DNA from: Mobula hypostoma | Taxonomy: Eukaryota | Direction of reading: 5' to 3' | NCBI RefSeq assembly: GCF_963921235.1 | Contig: NC_086108.1 | Location: 111,540,001-111,604,000, forward strand | Length of the DNA: 64,000 nucleotides | Shown here: positions 11,018 to 24,314 of the stretch, piece after piece | Layout of the letters: every line of letters begins with the position of its first letter | Numbering within the stretch: position 1 is the first letter of the stretch | Program-made: the position numbers and the translations under genes | Notes under the pieces: generated by a model | Seen by the model: only the letters and a program-made list of their open reading frames with translations | The model's database searches: none | Told to the model about the DNA's origin: nothing

Positions 11018-11218
11018 CTTCAGTTTTACTTGGCTGTGGTACAAGTGGTCCATATCACTGCTGGACTTCAGATGTTGTGTTTCCATGTCCTCCAGTGTGC
11101 GGAGATTCTTGCGGTGAAGTTGCAGAAGATCATATGTACAATTTAAAATGGCTACCAGGTTCAGTTCTTCCTGTGCCTCCCCCGTATAAAAAGATGGAAA
11201 GCCCAAGGTAGTGAGTTC
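11018..11218 (-). CDS. SSX2IP: SSX2IP-family coding exon 3 (201 nt, ADIP domain)
   Basis: Acceptor cttttcgtacattag|GAA; encodes ELTTLGFPSFYTGEAQEELNLVAILNCTYDLLQLHRKNLRTLEDMETQHLKSSSDMDHLYHSQVKLK; donor AAG|gtaaat. Matches human ELTTFGFPSLY...ELNIVAVLNC...SDMDHL..KLK (recalled). Confidence 0.95.
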
Positions 11219-11439
11219 CTAATGTACGAAAAGATATAACAAAGATTCACTCAGTAATTGGGAAAACATATCAGAGAAAGATAAATAATGCAAGTAATCA
11301 AATCAATTAAATACACTCCAGCTAATACTTTATGATATAAATATTGATACAAAATGTTCAATTGGTTGGATTGGGCTGTAGAATGGTAATTTTTCTTGAA
11401 CTGTCCTACTTGTCTTCTTCTTAAGCCCATCACCCTGAC

Positions 11440-11665
11440 TGAGGTATAGGCTTGTCAACAGCAGCTTGCCAGAGTCCTCTGTCCTTGGGCAAATCGGCCC
11501 TATGGCTTCTGTTTTCACCACACGATTTCATGTCTTCTACATGAAAATCCTTCTTCTCCCAGGGATGGTCTGTGGAGATTCTGTAGCTTTGGGATTTTAC
11601 GGGATGGGGCTGCTAGTCCCATGTCCATCCCTCCTCCTTTTGCAGCTGGGCTTAGGAACATCTAT
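11440..11665. repeat. Short interspersed repeat, possibly RTE-UTR-derived; inverted homologue at ~58955-59165
   Basis: gggatggggctgctagtcccatgtccatccctcctcc..gcagctggg is mirrored by cccagctgtgaaagcagaaggggtagggcatggaactagtaatcccatccc. Family assignment tentative. Confidence 0.5.
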
Positions 11666-12139
11666 GGCAAAGTTAACTCTTCTGTGCTTGTACTTTCAGA
11701 CAATCACTGACAAACATGAACTATTACATGTTACTTCCAGTAATTACAATACAGTTGCTTCTGTATTTTTCTAGAAACTTGGTTTTCTGTAGAAAGTGTC
11801 ACGCTACTTGAATATGGCTATTTTATAGGTTAATTGTTACCACTGGAATTTGTGTTATCTTGTCTATATCAGACACCATGACTACTTTTTCCCATTTTCT
11901 TTTCTTTGTTTTCTTGATCCTCTTTCCTGTTCATTTTTCAGGGTTGTAGCATCTATCAATAAGTACCCACAACATCCAGGATATGCCCACTAAGTAAGTG
12001 GTACAGGAGCCTGAAGAACCTCAGTGATTCAGAAACAGCATCTTCCCCAGATTTCTGAACAGCCCATGGACCCATGAACATCACCTTACCATTCCTTGTT
12101 CCTTACTTTGTTTTTGCAATTTACAGTAACCTTATGCCT

Positions 12140-14480
12140 TTCATGCCTCCCAGGTGCCAGTGTCCAGAACATCTTGGATCGAGTTCTCAGCACCTTAAGC
12201 GGGAGGGTGAATAGCCAGAAGTCGTGGTCCATGTCAGTACCAATGACATGGGTAGAACAAGTGACAAGCTTCTGCATAGGGAGTTCAGGGAGTTAGGTGC
12301 TACTCAGGATTGCTACCCATGCCACATGCTAGAGAGGCTAGAACTAGGAAGATTATAAGTTTAATACATGGCTAAGGAGTTGGTGTAGGAGGGAGGGCAT
12401 AAGATTTTTGGAACATTGGTCTTTCTTCCAGAGAAGGTAGGACCTGTACAGAAGGAACAGTTTGCATCTGAACTGGAGGGGCACTAATATCCTAGTAGGA
12501 AGGTATGTTAATGCTGCATTGTGGGGTTTAAACTAGAGTTGCAGGGGGATGGGAATCAGAGTGCCAGAAGAGTTAGTGGACAGATTGTGGATTCAAATGT
12601 TGGTAAGACCTCAGACAAAGTTAGGGATCAAAAGGTTGAGCATTGTGTGACTAGTGGCCTGAGCTGCATATATTTCAATGCAAGTAGTATTGTAGGAAAG
12701 GCAGATCATAGTGCTGAAGATAACATAGCTGGTTTACAAACAGAGGCAATGTGCAGTGAGCAGAGACTGTTGGCAGGGCAAAATTGCAGTCAACAGGATG
12801 AGCTGCAACATAAAAGGTAGCCAAAATCAAAAAGAGTGAATACAGGACTGAAGATTCTGTATTTGAATGCACACAGCATATAGAATAAGGTAGATGAATT
12901 TGCGGAACAGTTGCAGATTGGCAGACATGATGTTAAAGACATCACTGAATCATGGCTGAAAGAAGATTATAGCTAGGAGTTTAATGTCCAATGATACAAC
13001 ATTGTATCAAAAGAATAAGCACAAAGGTAGCTTTGCTGTGGTTAAAAAAAATTAAATCAAATTATTAGAAAGTGGCAACATATGATTGGAAGGTGTTGAA
13101 TCATTGTGGATGGAGCCAAGAGTAAAAAGACCTTGAATGGAGTTATGTACAGATCCCCAAGCAGCAGTAGGGATGTGGCCTACAAATTACAATGGAAAAT
13201 AGAAAAGGCGTGTCAAAAGGGCAATGCTACAATAGTCATAGGGGACTTCAATATTCAGATAGATTGGGAAGATCAGTTTGATGCTGAGTTCCAGGAGGGG
13301 TAAATTTCTAGAGTGCCTACGAGATGGCGTTTTAGACGCTTCTCATGGTTGAGCCCACTGGTGGTGGTGGCATCCGTTAGTCTCGCGATCTGCGCCTGGA
13401 AAGTCTTGCTTCAGTCTGTGTTAGAGCAGTGTCTGTTGTGGCTGTAGAGGCCCACACGGGAGTGACAGTCTCGGCTGCAGCGACTGCACTTGAAGGCGCT
13501 GTCCTCCAGTGTTGTCTTGGTGCTGTTTTTCCAACGAGTGCACTTTTCTTCAGCAGCAAGCCTCAGCTTCTCTTCTCTTCTTTTTAGACCTCTGCGTAGT
13601 TCCAGCCTCCAGTGAGAGCGATCACTTGCGATATCCTCCCACCTCTCGACGTTCATTTTCAGTGACTTCATGTCTCTCTTGCAAACGTCTTTGAAACGAA
13701 GATGGGGCCGCCCTTGTGCTCTCTTGCCGGAGGCCAGTTCCCTGTACAGCAGGTCTTTCGGGATCCTCCCGTCTAGTGAGCCCACTAGAGGATCAGTAAT
13801 ACTGGATTGGGTGTTGTGCAATGAACCAAAACTGATTCGAAAGCATAAGATAAAAGAATCCTCAGGGGAAAGTGATCATAATATGATCGAATTCACTCTG
13901 AAATTTGAGAAGGAGAAGCTAAAGCCAAATGTATCAGTGTTACAGTGGAGTAAAGGGAATTACAGAGGCACGAGAGAGGAGATGCCCAGAATTGATTGGA
14001 AAAGAACACTGACAGGAATGACAGCAGAGCAGCAATGGCTGAAATATGTGGAAGCAATAGGGTATATACATCCCAAAGAGGAAAAAGTATTCTAAAGGAA
14101 AGACGACAACCATGGCTAACAAGAGAAGTCAAAGCCAACATAAAACCCAAAGGGAGGGCATATATTAGAGCAAAAATTAGTGGGCAGTTAGATGATTGGG
14201 GAACTTTAAAAACCAACAGAAGGCAATTAAAAAGTCATTAAGGTAAAGATGGAATACGAAAGTAAGCTAGCCAATAATATTAAAGAGAATAGTAAAAGTT
14301 TCTTCAGATACATACATTGTAAAAGAGGCATGAGTGGATATCGGACCGCTGAAAATGATGCTTCAGAGGTAGCAATGGGAGAGAATTAAAAGGCACATGA
14401 ACTGAATAAGTATTTTGCATCAGTCTTCACCGTGGGAGACACTAGCAGTATGGTGGAAGCTCCAAGTGTCAGGAGGCATT
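12140..14480 (+). mobile_element. CR1 LINE 5' part: ORF1 SGNH-esterase remnant and ORF2 endonuclease
   Basis: Remnants EVVVHVSTND, LHLNWRGTNIL, LYLNAHSI.NKVDE, IVIGDFN, ILDWVLCNEP and SDHNMIEF, all degenerate. Confidence 0.88.
13360..13776 (-). mobile_element. RTE-clade (BovB-like) LINE 3' fragment with 10-bp TSD, nested in CR1
   Basis: DGRIPKDLLY.EL..GKR..GRP.LRFKDVCKRDMK...C.RC.RDCHSRVGLYSH.R.C; (CCA)n tail; TSD tgagcccact at 13350-13359 and 13777-13786. Confidence 0.9.
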
Positions 14481-15225
14481 ATCAGAAGCTGCCTGGAATA
14501 AGTGTTTGTCTATGATACAGGCTTGCTCTGTTAACAGCAGGCACCAACTGATCCAGTTTAAAGTTGTCCACCGTCTCCACTATTCTAAACTTAGATTGCA
14601 CAGGATTTATCCTTCTGTCTCACCAATGCGTGATAGATGCCAAGGGACAGAAGCCACGTTGTCACACACATTTTGGTTTTGCCCACTACTGACTGGATTT
14701 TGGTCCAAAATTTTCGACTGGTACTCAAAGGCCTATAAAAGATCCTTCTCCTTGGAAGCTGGTCTCGCTATATTTGGCTGCTCGCAATCTACTATTTGTT
14801 TCCCTGCAGCCATACTGGGGATGATTGTTGCCAAAAGTCTTATCTTGAGGGAATGGAAATCATCTTCTCCCTCTTCCTTTCGGAGATGGGTGGCTGATAT
14901 GATCTCAGTCATACAGATGGAGAAACCTTAAGTTCTTGAGAACAAATTCAATTAAAAAATTTTTGGCTATCTGGGATCCATTCCTTGCCTACCTGGACGA
15001 GGCCAGGGGCGGATGAGCAATTTCCCCCCAGCTGGTTTCTCACGGCCCTCAGTTAAGATTTAATGTTTAGTATTTTTGAGCACTTTGCACAAATAGGCAT
15101 CCCTCTATGTTATGTCCCTTTTTTTTTTGCTTATTTCATTTTTATACATGTCTGAGCTAGTATGTTCTTGTGGATTTCATTGGTTTTTTTTGAAAATGTT
15201 GAAAGTATTTAAAACAAAAAAGAAA
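14480..15225 (+). mobile_element. L1-clade LINE 3' fragment (zf-RVT region and 3' UTR)
   Basis: LIQFKVVHRLHYSKLRLHRIYPSVSPMRDRC...TLSHTFWFCP..FW; T-rich UTR and A-rich tail near 15210-15225. Confidence 0.85.
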
Positions 15226-16385
15226 GCACATGGTCATGCACTTTGGCATAAGATATGAAAGGATTGAATATTTTCTAAATGGAGAGAAAATTTAAAATTC
15301 TGAGGTGCAAAGGGACTTGGAAGTCGTTGTGCAGGATTCCCTAAAGGCTAATTTGCAGGTTGAGTCTGTGGTGGGGAAGGCAAATGCAATGACTAGAATA
15401 TAATAGCAATGATGTAATGTTGAGACTTTGTAAAGAACTGGTGACACCTCACTTGGAGTATTGAGAACAGGTCTGGACCTCTTACCTTAGAAAGGATGTG
15501 CTGAAACTGGAGAGGGTTCAAAGGAGGTTCATGAAAATGATTCCAGGATTGAATGGCTTGTCAGATGAAGAGTGTTTGATGGTTCTGAGCCTGTATTTGC
15601 TGGAATTCAGAAGAATAAGGGGTGACCTCATTGAAACCTATCAAACGGTGAAAGGTCTGGATAGAGTGGATGCGGACAGGATGTTTCCTATGGTGGGAGA
15701 GCCCAAGACCAGAAGACAACCCAGAACAGAGGGGTCTCCTTTTAGAACTGAGATGAGGAGAAATTTCTTTAGCCAGGGAGTGATGGATCTATGAAAGTTT
15801 TTGCCACGAGCAGCTGTGGAAGTCAAGTTTTGTGTATATTTAAAGCAGAGGTTGATAGATTCTTGATTGGCCAGGGAATGAAGGAATATGAGGAGAAGGC
15901 AGGAGATTGGGGCAAAGAGGAAAATTGGATCAGCCATGATGAAATGGCGGAGCAGACGCAATGGCCAAATCGCCCAATTCTGCTCCTATATCTTACGATC
16001 TTATTATACCGCTTTTGCAAAGCAACAAACTTCATGTCATCTGTCAGTAAACCAGGATACATACAAATTAACAATGCAGTCACAAGGATGTTGCCAAGAC
16101 TTGGGTACCCAAGTTACAGGGTGACTTGGGTTAAGGGTGAAAGGTAAAATGTATAAGGGGAACCAGGAGGGAACTTTCTTCACTCAGAGGGTGGTGAGAA
16201 AGTGGAACAAGCTGTCACTGGAAGTGGTGAATGCAGATTTGACTTCAACAATTGAGAAGTTTGAATAAGTACATGAATGGGAGGTGTTTGCAGGACTACC
16301 GTCTGGGTGCGGATAATGGGACTGGAAATCAAAGCGGATGGGTACGGACTGGATTGGGGGCCTGTTTCTGTGCCAGAGTGCTCCA
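15226..16385 (+). mobile_element. CR1 3' fragments (two adjacent pieces)
   Basis: LERVQRRFMKMIPGL...RRIRGDLIETY..KGLDRVD; CR1 3' UTR motifs. Confidence 0.8.
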
Positions 16386-16625
16386 AGACCATGATAGTGA
16401 TAATAAACCACCTTTGCAGGAGAGAAGAGGAAATAATATGGTGATAGCAAAAACAGCAACACATCAGATTTTTCAGCATAGATGGCATCCAATCTATTAT
16501 ATCGGTCTTAGCTTGCTGAAAGTTCAACTTTGACCCGCTTCTCCATTCTTTCCTCAACTTTAAAGGAGCCATCAAATGGAAAAAGTACATTTTATTCTGT
16601 GAAAATTTGAACGCCCTTTCTAATC

Positions 16626-16815
16626 ACACACACAATCTGCTGGTGGACCTCAGCAATTAAGGCAGCATCTATGGAGGGGAATAAGCATTTGAAGTTCCAG
16701 CCCAAAACATCAACTGTTTATTCCCCTTCATAGACACCGCGTGACCTGCTAAATTCTTACAGCATATCTTGTGTTGCTCAAGATTTCCAGCATATTCAGA
16801 ACCTCTAGTGTTTAT
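16626..16815 (+). repeat. Degenerate Penelope fold-back mini-element, hammerhead core lost
   Basis: Inverted arms gcatctatggaggggaataa / ttattccccttcatagacac; tail gtgttgctcaagatttccagc as in the other copies. Confidence 0.65.
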
Positions 16816-17691
16816 GACCAACATAGTATGCTTTACTTATTAAACCAATTCCTTTCTGATTTGCCTTTCAATTACTAAAGTTCAAAGTACATTTATTATC
16901 AAAGTAGTGTAGGTATACATCTTCTTGCAAGTGCTCACACAGAATCTAGGGAAAAATGACATAAAGACCAAACATCCAATGTGCAAAGGTGGACAAATCA
17001 TGCATCATAGATAAAGCCCTCCCCACCATTGAGAGCATCGACATGAAGCTCTGTTATAGGGAAGCAGCATCCATCATTAGGGGCCCCCACCACCCAGGGC
17101 GTGCTGCTGTAATCAGGAAGGTGGTACAGGAGGCTCAAAGCTCACACTACTAGGTTCAGGAAACAGTTATTACCCCTCAACCATTAGGTTCCTGAACCAA
17201 ATGGGATAAATTCACTCAAATTCACTTGCCCCATCATTGAAATGTTTCCACAACCTCTGAAGTCACTCTCATCCACTCTTCATCACATGTTCTCAATAGG
17301 TCTTGCTTATTTATTATTATTATTGTTACTGTCTGCACAGTTTGTTGTCTTTTGCACACTGGTTGAATGTGTAAGTTGGTGCATTGATTCTATTATGGTT
17401 ATTATGGTTTTACTGAGCATACGTGGAACATAAATGGCAGAGTCCCCAAAACTGAATCCATAACAGTGGGGTCAGTTCAGCACCGAGACCCAGGTCCAGT
17501 AGCCCAACAGCCGAGGACAACAACTGCTCCCAAACTTGGCAGCGTGGGACCCAAGACCCCTGTACCTCCTGCCCAATCAACAAGGTTTCACAATGATGGG
17601 AATGTTACTACTTGCTGCAGTCTCTGATTAAACATTGACCACGAGATAATTATTTTTCTCTAAACAAAGTTCAAAGTTAAAAACAACTTGC

Positions 17692-17843
17692 CTGATTGAG
17701 GTAAGCTATGCATTGTTCTACATTCTCTTTTGTGCAAAACAAACTCAAGTTATGACTGCTGTTTTGAGGTGATGATTCAAAGATGCCATTGCAGGGAGAC
17801 ATTCTTGATTTGGATGTGCAATGATAGATAAATTCTTTGCTCT
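17692..17843 (-). CDS. SSX2IP: SSX2IP-family coding exon 2 (152 nt, phase 1 to 0), GC donor
   Basis: Acceptor ttttgcttttcccaacag|AG; encodes (E)SKEFIYHCTSKSRMSP...LFCTKENVEQCIAYLNQ, similar to human ESKTISQYTSETKMSP...AFCTEDNIEQSISYLDQ (recalled). Donor CAG|gcaagt. Phases fit both neighbouring exons. Confidence 0.92.
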
Positions 17844-18780
17844 CTGTTGGGAAAAGCAAAATTAGATGATTCAAATCAATGCAACTATTCTCAGTTTCAG
17901 CCACTAATCTTGCCTAAAGTGCTGTTCATAAAAATCTTTAAAAGCATTCAAATTTGTTCAGAGCTTAAAAAACAACAATATTTCAAAGTATAAAATGTTA
18001 TTGAATAGTGACTGACATTACAATTGTGAAAGAGTGAAGATAATAATAATGAGATGAGAAGACATAGGGGCAGGATTAGACAATTCGTCCCATTGAGGAT
18101 GCTCTGCTATTCCATCATGGCTGATTTATAATCCCTCTCAACACCATTCTTCTGCCTTCTCACTGTAATCTTTGATACCCTGACTAACGAAGAACCTATC
18201 AACCTCCTCTTGAAATGTACCCAATGACTTGGCCTCCACAACTGACTGTGGCAATGAATTCCAGATTCAAAAAAGACGGACAGCCACACACGGACAATAC
18301 TATATTTACTCTGAATCAAATTACCTAACGATTTCTAAAGGTCACATACTTATATTTATTTAGTACATTGATAATATAAAGCAGAAGAAACATTTGAACT
18401 CAAGATTCACACCAGTGCAAAATTTCAATAATCTACTTTCAGCAATGGATCACTTGCCAAGGTTAGGCTCCCAAGCTCCCCATCCGTTCTCTGGGGCTCC
18501 AGCTCCTACAACCTGATCCACTGATAAGGGCATTGGTTCTTATGTTTGTTTCAAACATCCACAGATCTGTTGGCTGCCCTCCCTTCAAACTTACCATATC
18601 TATTTAAATGCTACTTTGCAACATATTTTTAAAAATGAGGATGACGAACCAGTTAGATTAATACAATAACAGCTGACAGCCCAGGAAGTCACCAATGTCC
18701 GAATCATGCCAGAGTAATACTTTATACTTTAACTAGTCTCTTTCACAATGTAATAGCCATAATTAGAGGATCTCAAATCA

Positions 18781-19350
18781 CTTTCCTCAGGGAAGACACT
18801 GGAGACCATGAGCAGCCACATCTGTTGCTTGGCTGTGGGTGTGCAGCAAAACCCAAGTCATTCCATGGCGTCTGATCAAAGTGAGACTTCTTGAATGGGA
18901 ACTCAAGCTCATCGACGAATATGGTCTTCGGAACAAGTGGGAGGTGTGCAGGATGAAGTTCAGCCTCCCAAAGATCTGCAAGGCTGCCTGTGAACTGCTG
19001 ACCCTTGATGAAAAGGATCCCAAGTGTCTGTTTGAGGGGAACACTCTCCTGCATCGGTTGGTCCTGGACAACAGCAAGATGAAGGTGGATTACATCCTGG
19101 CTTGAAGATAGAGGACTTCCTGAGCTTCGGCTGTAGGCTCAGCTCTTCATACTGGGCTTGACCAAGTCCATCCATCAGCAACACATCATGATCCATAAAC
19201 AGGTGGCAAATATCCTCTCCTACATCATGCATTTGGACTCTCAGAAAGACATCAACTTCACCCTACACTCACCCTATGGAAGACGCAGTCCCAGCCACGT
19301 GAAGTGCTAGAATGTCAAGGCGGCACAGAGTGGTGGGAAAGACGCAAAAT
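18781..19350 (+). pseudogene. RPS9: Processed pseudogene of 40S ribosomal protein S9
   Basis: Intronless match to RPS9: WVCSKT..P...[56 protein letters not shown], then [30 protein letters not shown]. Start codon lost; frameshifts, stops and deletions. Confidence 0.93.
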
Positions 19351-19399
19351 GATGCATTCCACTGTGTTTCAATGTACAGGAGACAATTCACATACTGAT

Positions 19400-22170
19400 A
19401 CAACCAATCAACAGATGACACAATAGCCACAGCTCTACACACCGTCCTTCCACATCTAGAGAAGAAGGATCCTTATGTGAAAATGCTGTTTTTGAATGCT
19501 GATTTGTAGTCCAACGCCATAATTCCCTCTAGGCTCAACAAGAAGTTCAGAGACCTCGGTCTTGACCCTGCCTTGTGCAGCTGGATCCCGGACTTCCTGT
19601 CAGATCGCCGGCACGTGGCAAGTAGCCTCCCTCACCTCTGCCCCTCAGGGCACCTCAAGGTACTAAGCCTCCTCCTTTACTCTTAGTATACCCAAGACTG
19701 TGTGGTCACCCACAACTTCAATCTGCTAATTAAATTTAGTGATGACACTACACTGATTGGCCTAATCTCAAATACTAATGAGGTAGGTTACAGAGAAGTC
19801 ATCACCCTGACACAGTGGTGTCAAGAAAACAAACTCTTACTCAACGTCACAAAAACAAAGGAGCTGGTTGTGGACTACAGGAAGAATGGAGACAGGCTAG
19901 CCGCTATTGACATCAATGGATCTGGGATTGAAAGGGTAAACAGCTTCAAGCTCATAGAAACAGAAAACCTACAGTACAATACAGGCCCTTTGGCCCACAA
20001 AGCTGTGCCGAACATGTCCTTACCCAAGAAATTACCTAGGGTTACCCAGAGCCCTCTATTTTTCTGAGCTCCATATACCTGTCTAGGAGTCTCTTAAAAG
20101 ACCCTATCGTATCCGCCTCCATCACTGTCACCAGCAGCCCATTCCACACACTCACCACTCTCTGCGTAAAAGACTTAACCCTGATATCTCCTCTGTACCT
20201 ACTTCCAAGCACATTAAAACTGTGCCCTCTCGTGCTAGCCATTTCAGCCCTGGGAAAAAGCCTCAGACTATCCACACAATCAATGCCTCTCATCATCTTA
20301 TACACCTATCAGGTCACCTCTCATCCTCCATCGCCCCAAGGAAAAAAGGCCGAGTTCACTCAACTTATTTTCATAAGGCATACTCCCCAATCCATCCTTG
20401 TAAATCTCCTCTGCACCCTTTCTATGGTTTTCACATCCTTCCTGTAGTGAGGCGACCAGAACTGAACACAGTACTCCAAGCGGGGTCTGACCAGGGTCCT
20501 ATACAGCTGCAACATTACCCCTCGGCTCCTAAACTCAATCCTACGATTGATGAAGGCCAATGCACCGTATGCTTTCTTAACCATACAGTCAACCTGCGCA
20601 GCAACCTTGAGTGTCCTATGGACTCAGACCCCAAGATCCCTCTGATCCTCCACACTGCCAAGAGTCTTACCATTACTATATCTGTCATCGTATTTGACCT
20701 AACAAATTGAACCACCTCACACTTATCTAGGTTGAACTCCATCTGCCACTTCTCAGCCCAGTTTTCCATCCCATCAATGTTCCGCTGTAACCTCTGACAG
20801 CCCTCCACACTATCCACAACACCTCCAACCTTTGTGTCATCAGCAAATTTACTAACCCATCCCTCCACTTCTTCATCCAGGTCATTTATAAAAATCACGA
20901 AGAGTAGGGGTCCCAGAACAGATCCCTAAGGCACACCATGGTGACCAACCTCCATGCAGACTATGACCCGTCTACAACCACTTTGCCTTCTGTGGGCAAG
21001 CCAGTTCTGGATCCACGAAGCAATTTCCTCTTGGATCCCATGCCTCCTTACTTTCTCAATAAGCCTTGCATGGGGTACCTTGTCAAATGCCTTGCTGAAA
21101 TCCATATACACTACATCTTCTGCTCTACCATCAACGTGTTTAGTCACATCCTCAAAAAATTCAATCAGGCTCTTAAGGCATGACCTGCCTTTGACAAAGC
21201 CATGCTGACTATTCCTAATCATAAATAATCTCCAAAGGTTCATAAATCCTGCCTCTCAGGATCTTCTCCATCAACTTACCAACCACTGAAGTAAGACTCA
21301 CTGGTCTATAATTTCCTGGGCTATCTCTATTCTCTTTCTTGAATAATGGAACAACATGCACAACCCTCTGGTCCTCTGGAACCTCTCCCATCCCCACTGA
21401 TGATGCAAAGATCATCACCAGCAATCTCCTCCCTCGCCTTCCACAGTAGCCTGGGGTACATCTCATCTGCTCCCAGTGACTTATCCAACTTGATGCTTTC
21501 CAAAAGCTCCTGCACATCCTCTTTCTTAATATCTACATGCTCAAGCTTTTCAGTCCCAGGATCTGACATCACTGAAGATCTCACGTGGTATGTACATACC
21601 AGCTCTGTGGTGAGAAAAGGTACAACAGCGCCTCTTTCATCTCAGACAGTTGAAGTTTGGTATGGGGCCCCAAATCCTAAGAACTTTCTATAAAGGCACA
21701 ACTGAGAGCATCCTGATTGGCTGCATCACTGCCTGATTTGGGAACCGTACTTCCCTTAATCGCAGGATCCGCAGAGAGTGGTGCGGACAGTCCAGCGCAT
21801 CTGTAGATGTGAACTTCCCACTATTCAGGAGATTAACAAAGACAGTGTGTAAAAAAGGCCTGAGGGATCATTGGGGACCCAAGTAACCCCAAACACAAAC
21901 AGTTGTCGTTGCTACCATCTGAGAAATGGTACCACAGCATAAAAGCCAGGTCCAACAGTTTCCAGGATGGTTTCTTCCATCAGGCCATCAGACTACTTAA
22001 CTCATGCTGACAGAACTGTATTTCTATGTTATATTGACTGTTCATATTTAACCTCTTGTTGCCGTCCTTTGTATATACTAATTATTATAAATTACTACAA
22101 ATTGCACATTTAGATAGAGACTTAACAAAGATTTTTACTTTGGATGTAGGTAATAAAGTTAATTCAATTA
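19400..22170 (+). mobile_element. Rex1/Babar-like LINE RT and 3' end, split by a CR1 insertion
   Basis: [35 protein letters not shown]; resumes at ~21560 (DITEDLTWYVHT); similar to 47685-49160. Confidence 0.88.
19953..21552 (-). mobile_element. CR1 LINE RT and 3' end nested in Rex1
   Basis: NYRPVSLTSVVGK, QHGFVKGRSCL, VYMDFSKAFDKVPH, SKFADDTK, LYRTLVRPRLEYCVQFWSP. Confidence 0.93.
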
Positions 22171-22319
22171 CAACCAATCTTTAATCTCTTTATGGTGCAA
22201 CTTCACAAGTTATCCACATGGAGATTTTTTTGTTTTTTTTACAGACACCACACTGCAGGAGCATGGACAGAAGTGGGTACAGTGGAAATTTGTCAGGACT
22301 GAACAGCAGAACTTTGGTT

Positions 22320-23830
22320 AAAGATAGAGATGGGATAGGTTGGGTTTGTTAGTTCCTCGAGGTGATTGAGGGATAACCTGATAAAAGTGTATAAATTTAC
22401 AAGTGGCTCAGATAATCAAAATCTATTTCCCACAGTAGAGGCATTAAAAACAAGGCATAAAGTTTAAATTGCAAGAAAAGAGTTTTAAAAGGGATTTGAG
22501 AAGAATATTTTTCTAGAAATACACAGTGGTTGAAATCTGAAAATCACTACCACAGGAAGGTAGAGTCAGATAGAATTATATGTTTAAGAGGCATTTAAAG
22601 GTTAGCTTTATTTGTCACATGTACATTGAAACACACAGTGAAATGCCTCATTTGCATCAAAAGGAGGAGGATTGTGGAAGGAAATTAGAGCACCCAGAGG
22701 AAACACACACCGACACGGGAAGAAAGTACAAACTTCTTACAGGCATCGGCAGGAATTGAATCACGATTGGTGAAAGCTAGCACTAACCACTAATCTACTG
22801 GGCCGCCCATAAACAGGCTGGCACTCAAATATGCAAGGTATTGAATGATATGGACCAAGTTTAAGCAAATGAGGTTAGTGCCGATGCAGGAAAAGACTAG
22901 CAAGACATGGTGAGCTGAAGGGCCTGTTTCCATAGTGCATAACTTTACGAAATGCAGAACAGGTCTTTTGATCCACAGTATCTGTACTGAACACAATGCC
23001 AAATTATACCAAATCTCATCTGCTTGCACAAGATCCTAATCCCTCCACATGCATGTATCTGAAAACTTCTCTATACTCCACCATCATATCTGCTTCCATA
23101 CTATGTACCTCCAGCACTGGAGTTTAAAAAAAAGCAAACAATTACTGCACCCGCCATCTTCATGAAGTGGACTTAAGTGGGAGTAGCGGTAGAATTGGAA
23201 GAAATTAAATCGGATGAGATTGGATGAGATTAAAGAGAATTTTATACAATACAGTCATAGAACACTACAGCACAGAACCAAGCTACCTGGCCCATCTAGT
23301 CTGTGCTAAACTATCGTTCTGCTTAGTCCCATTGACTTGCACCTGAACCACAGGCCACCACACTCCTATGCAAACTTTTCTTAAATGTTATAACTGAACC
23401 CTCATGCTCCCCTTAAACATTTCACCTTTCACCCTTGCTTATGACCTCTAGTTCCAGTCTAACCCAACCTCAGTGAAAAAAGCCTCTTCATATTTACCCT
23501 CATAATTTTGTATGCATCTATTAAATCTCCTCTCATTCTCCTACACTCCAGGGAATAAAATCATAACCTATTCAAACTTTCCCTATATCTCAGATTCTCA
23601 AGTCCCAGCAACATCCTTGTAAATTTTCTTTGTACACTGTAAATGTAATTGACATCTTTCCTGTAGGTAGGTGACCAGAACTACACACAATACTCCAAAT
23701 TTGGCCTCACCATCTTATATAACCTCAACGTAACATACTCTGATTCATGAAGGTTAATGTGTCTAAAGTCCTCTTTAAGACCCTATCTACCTGTGAGCAA
23801 TTTCAAGGGATTACAGATCTGTATTCCCAG
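22320..23830. repeat. Cluster of old CR1 3' fragments and a SINE fragment
   Basis: Degenerate CR1 3' UTR motifs in both orientations; SINE core gagcacccagaggaaacacacac near 22690. Confidence 0.6.
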
Positions 23831-24314
23831 ATGCATAATCTTTGAGTATTTGAGTAATACAGTTCTAAAATATGGGCAGAGATTAGTAACCAATTACACA
23901 CATTTCAAACTGTAACTCATCTGGGAGGTATTGAGCTGCATGGAATCAGTCCACTTAACTTCAAAGATTTATTAGAAATAGCCAAGCCACAGGAAAAAGA
24001 CATGCCCTTCCTCAGCCTTTTAGGAACAGCTTCATCCCCTCTGCCATCACATTTCTGAATTGGCATTGAACTCGTGAACACTATTTTTTTCCCTTTTCAC
24101 TTTTTATTGTTAAAATATTTCTTATTATAATTTATAGATTTTTTAATTATATTTATTGCTGGCACAAAACAAATTTCACAATATGCTTGTGATATTAAAC
24201 CTGACTGATTCTTGGTTGAAAAATATCAACAAAAGCATCCTGGTAATTGAATCTGTCAAGGTGTTTACCAGTTAACACCCAAGCTGAACCCTGTTAGCAG
24301 CAGAATGGACTTAC

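Noticed and set aside
10784..11206. 140-aa ORF as a complete gene
   Set aside because: Only 11018-11218 is exonic; the rest reads through the donor into the intron and CA repeat.
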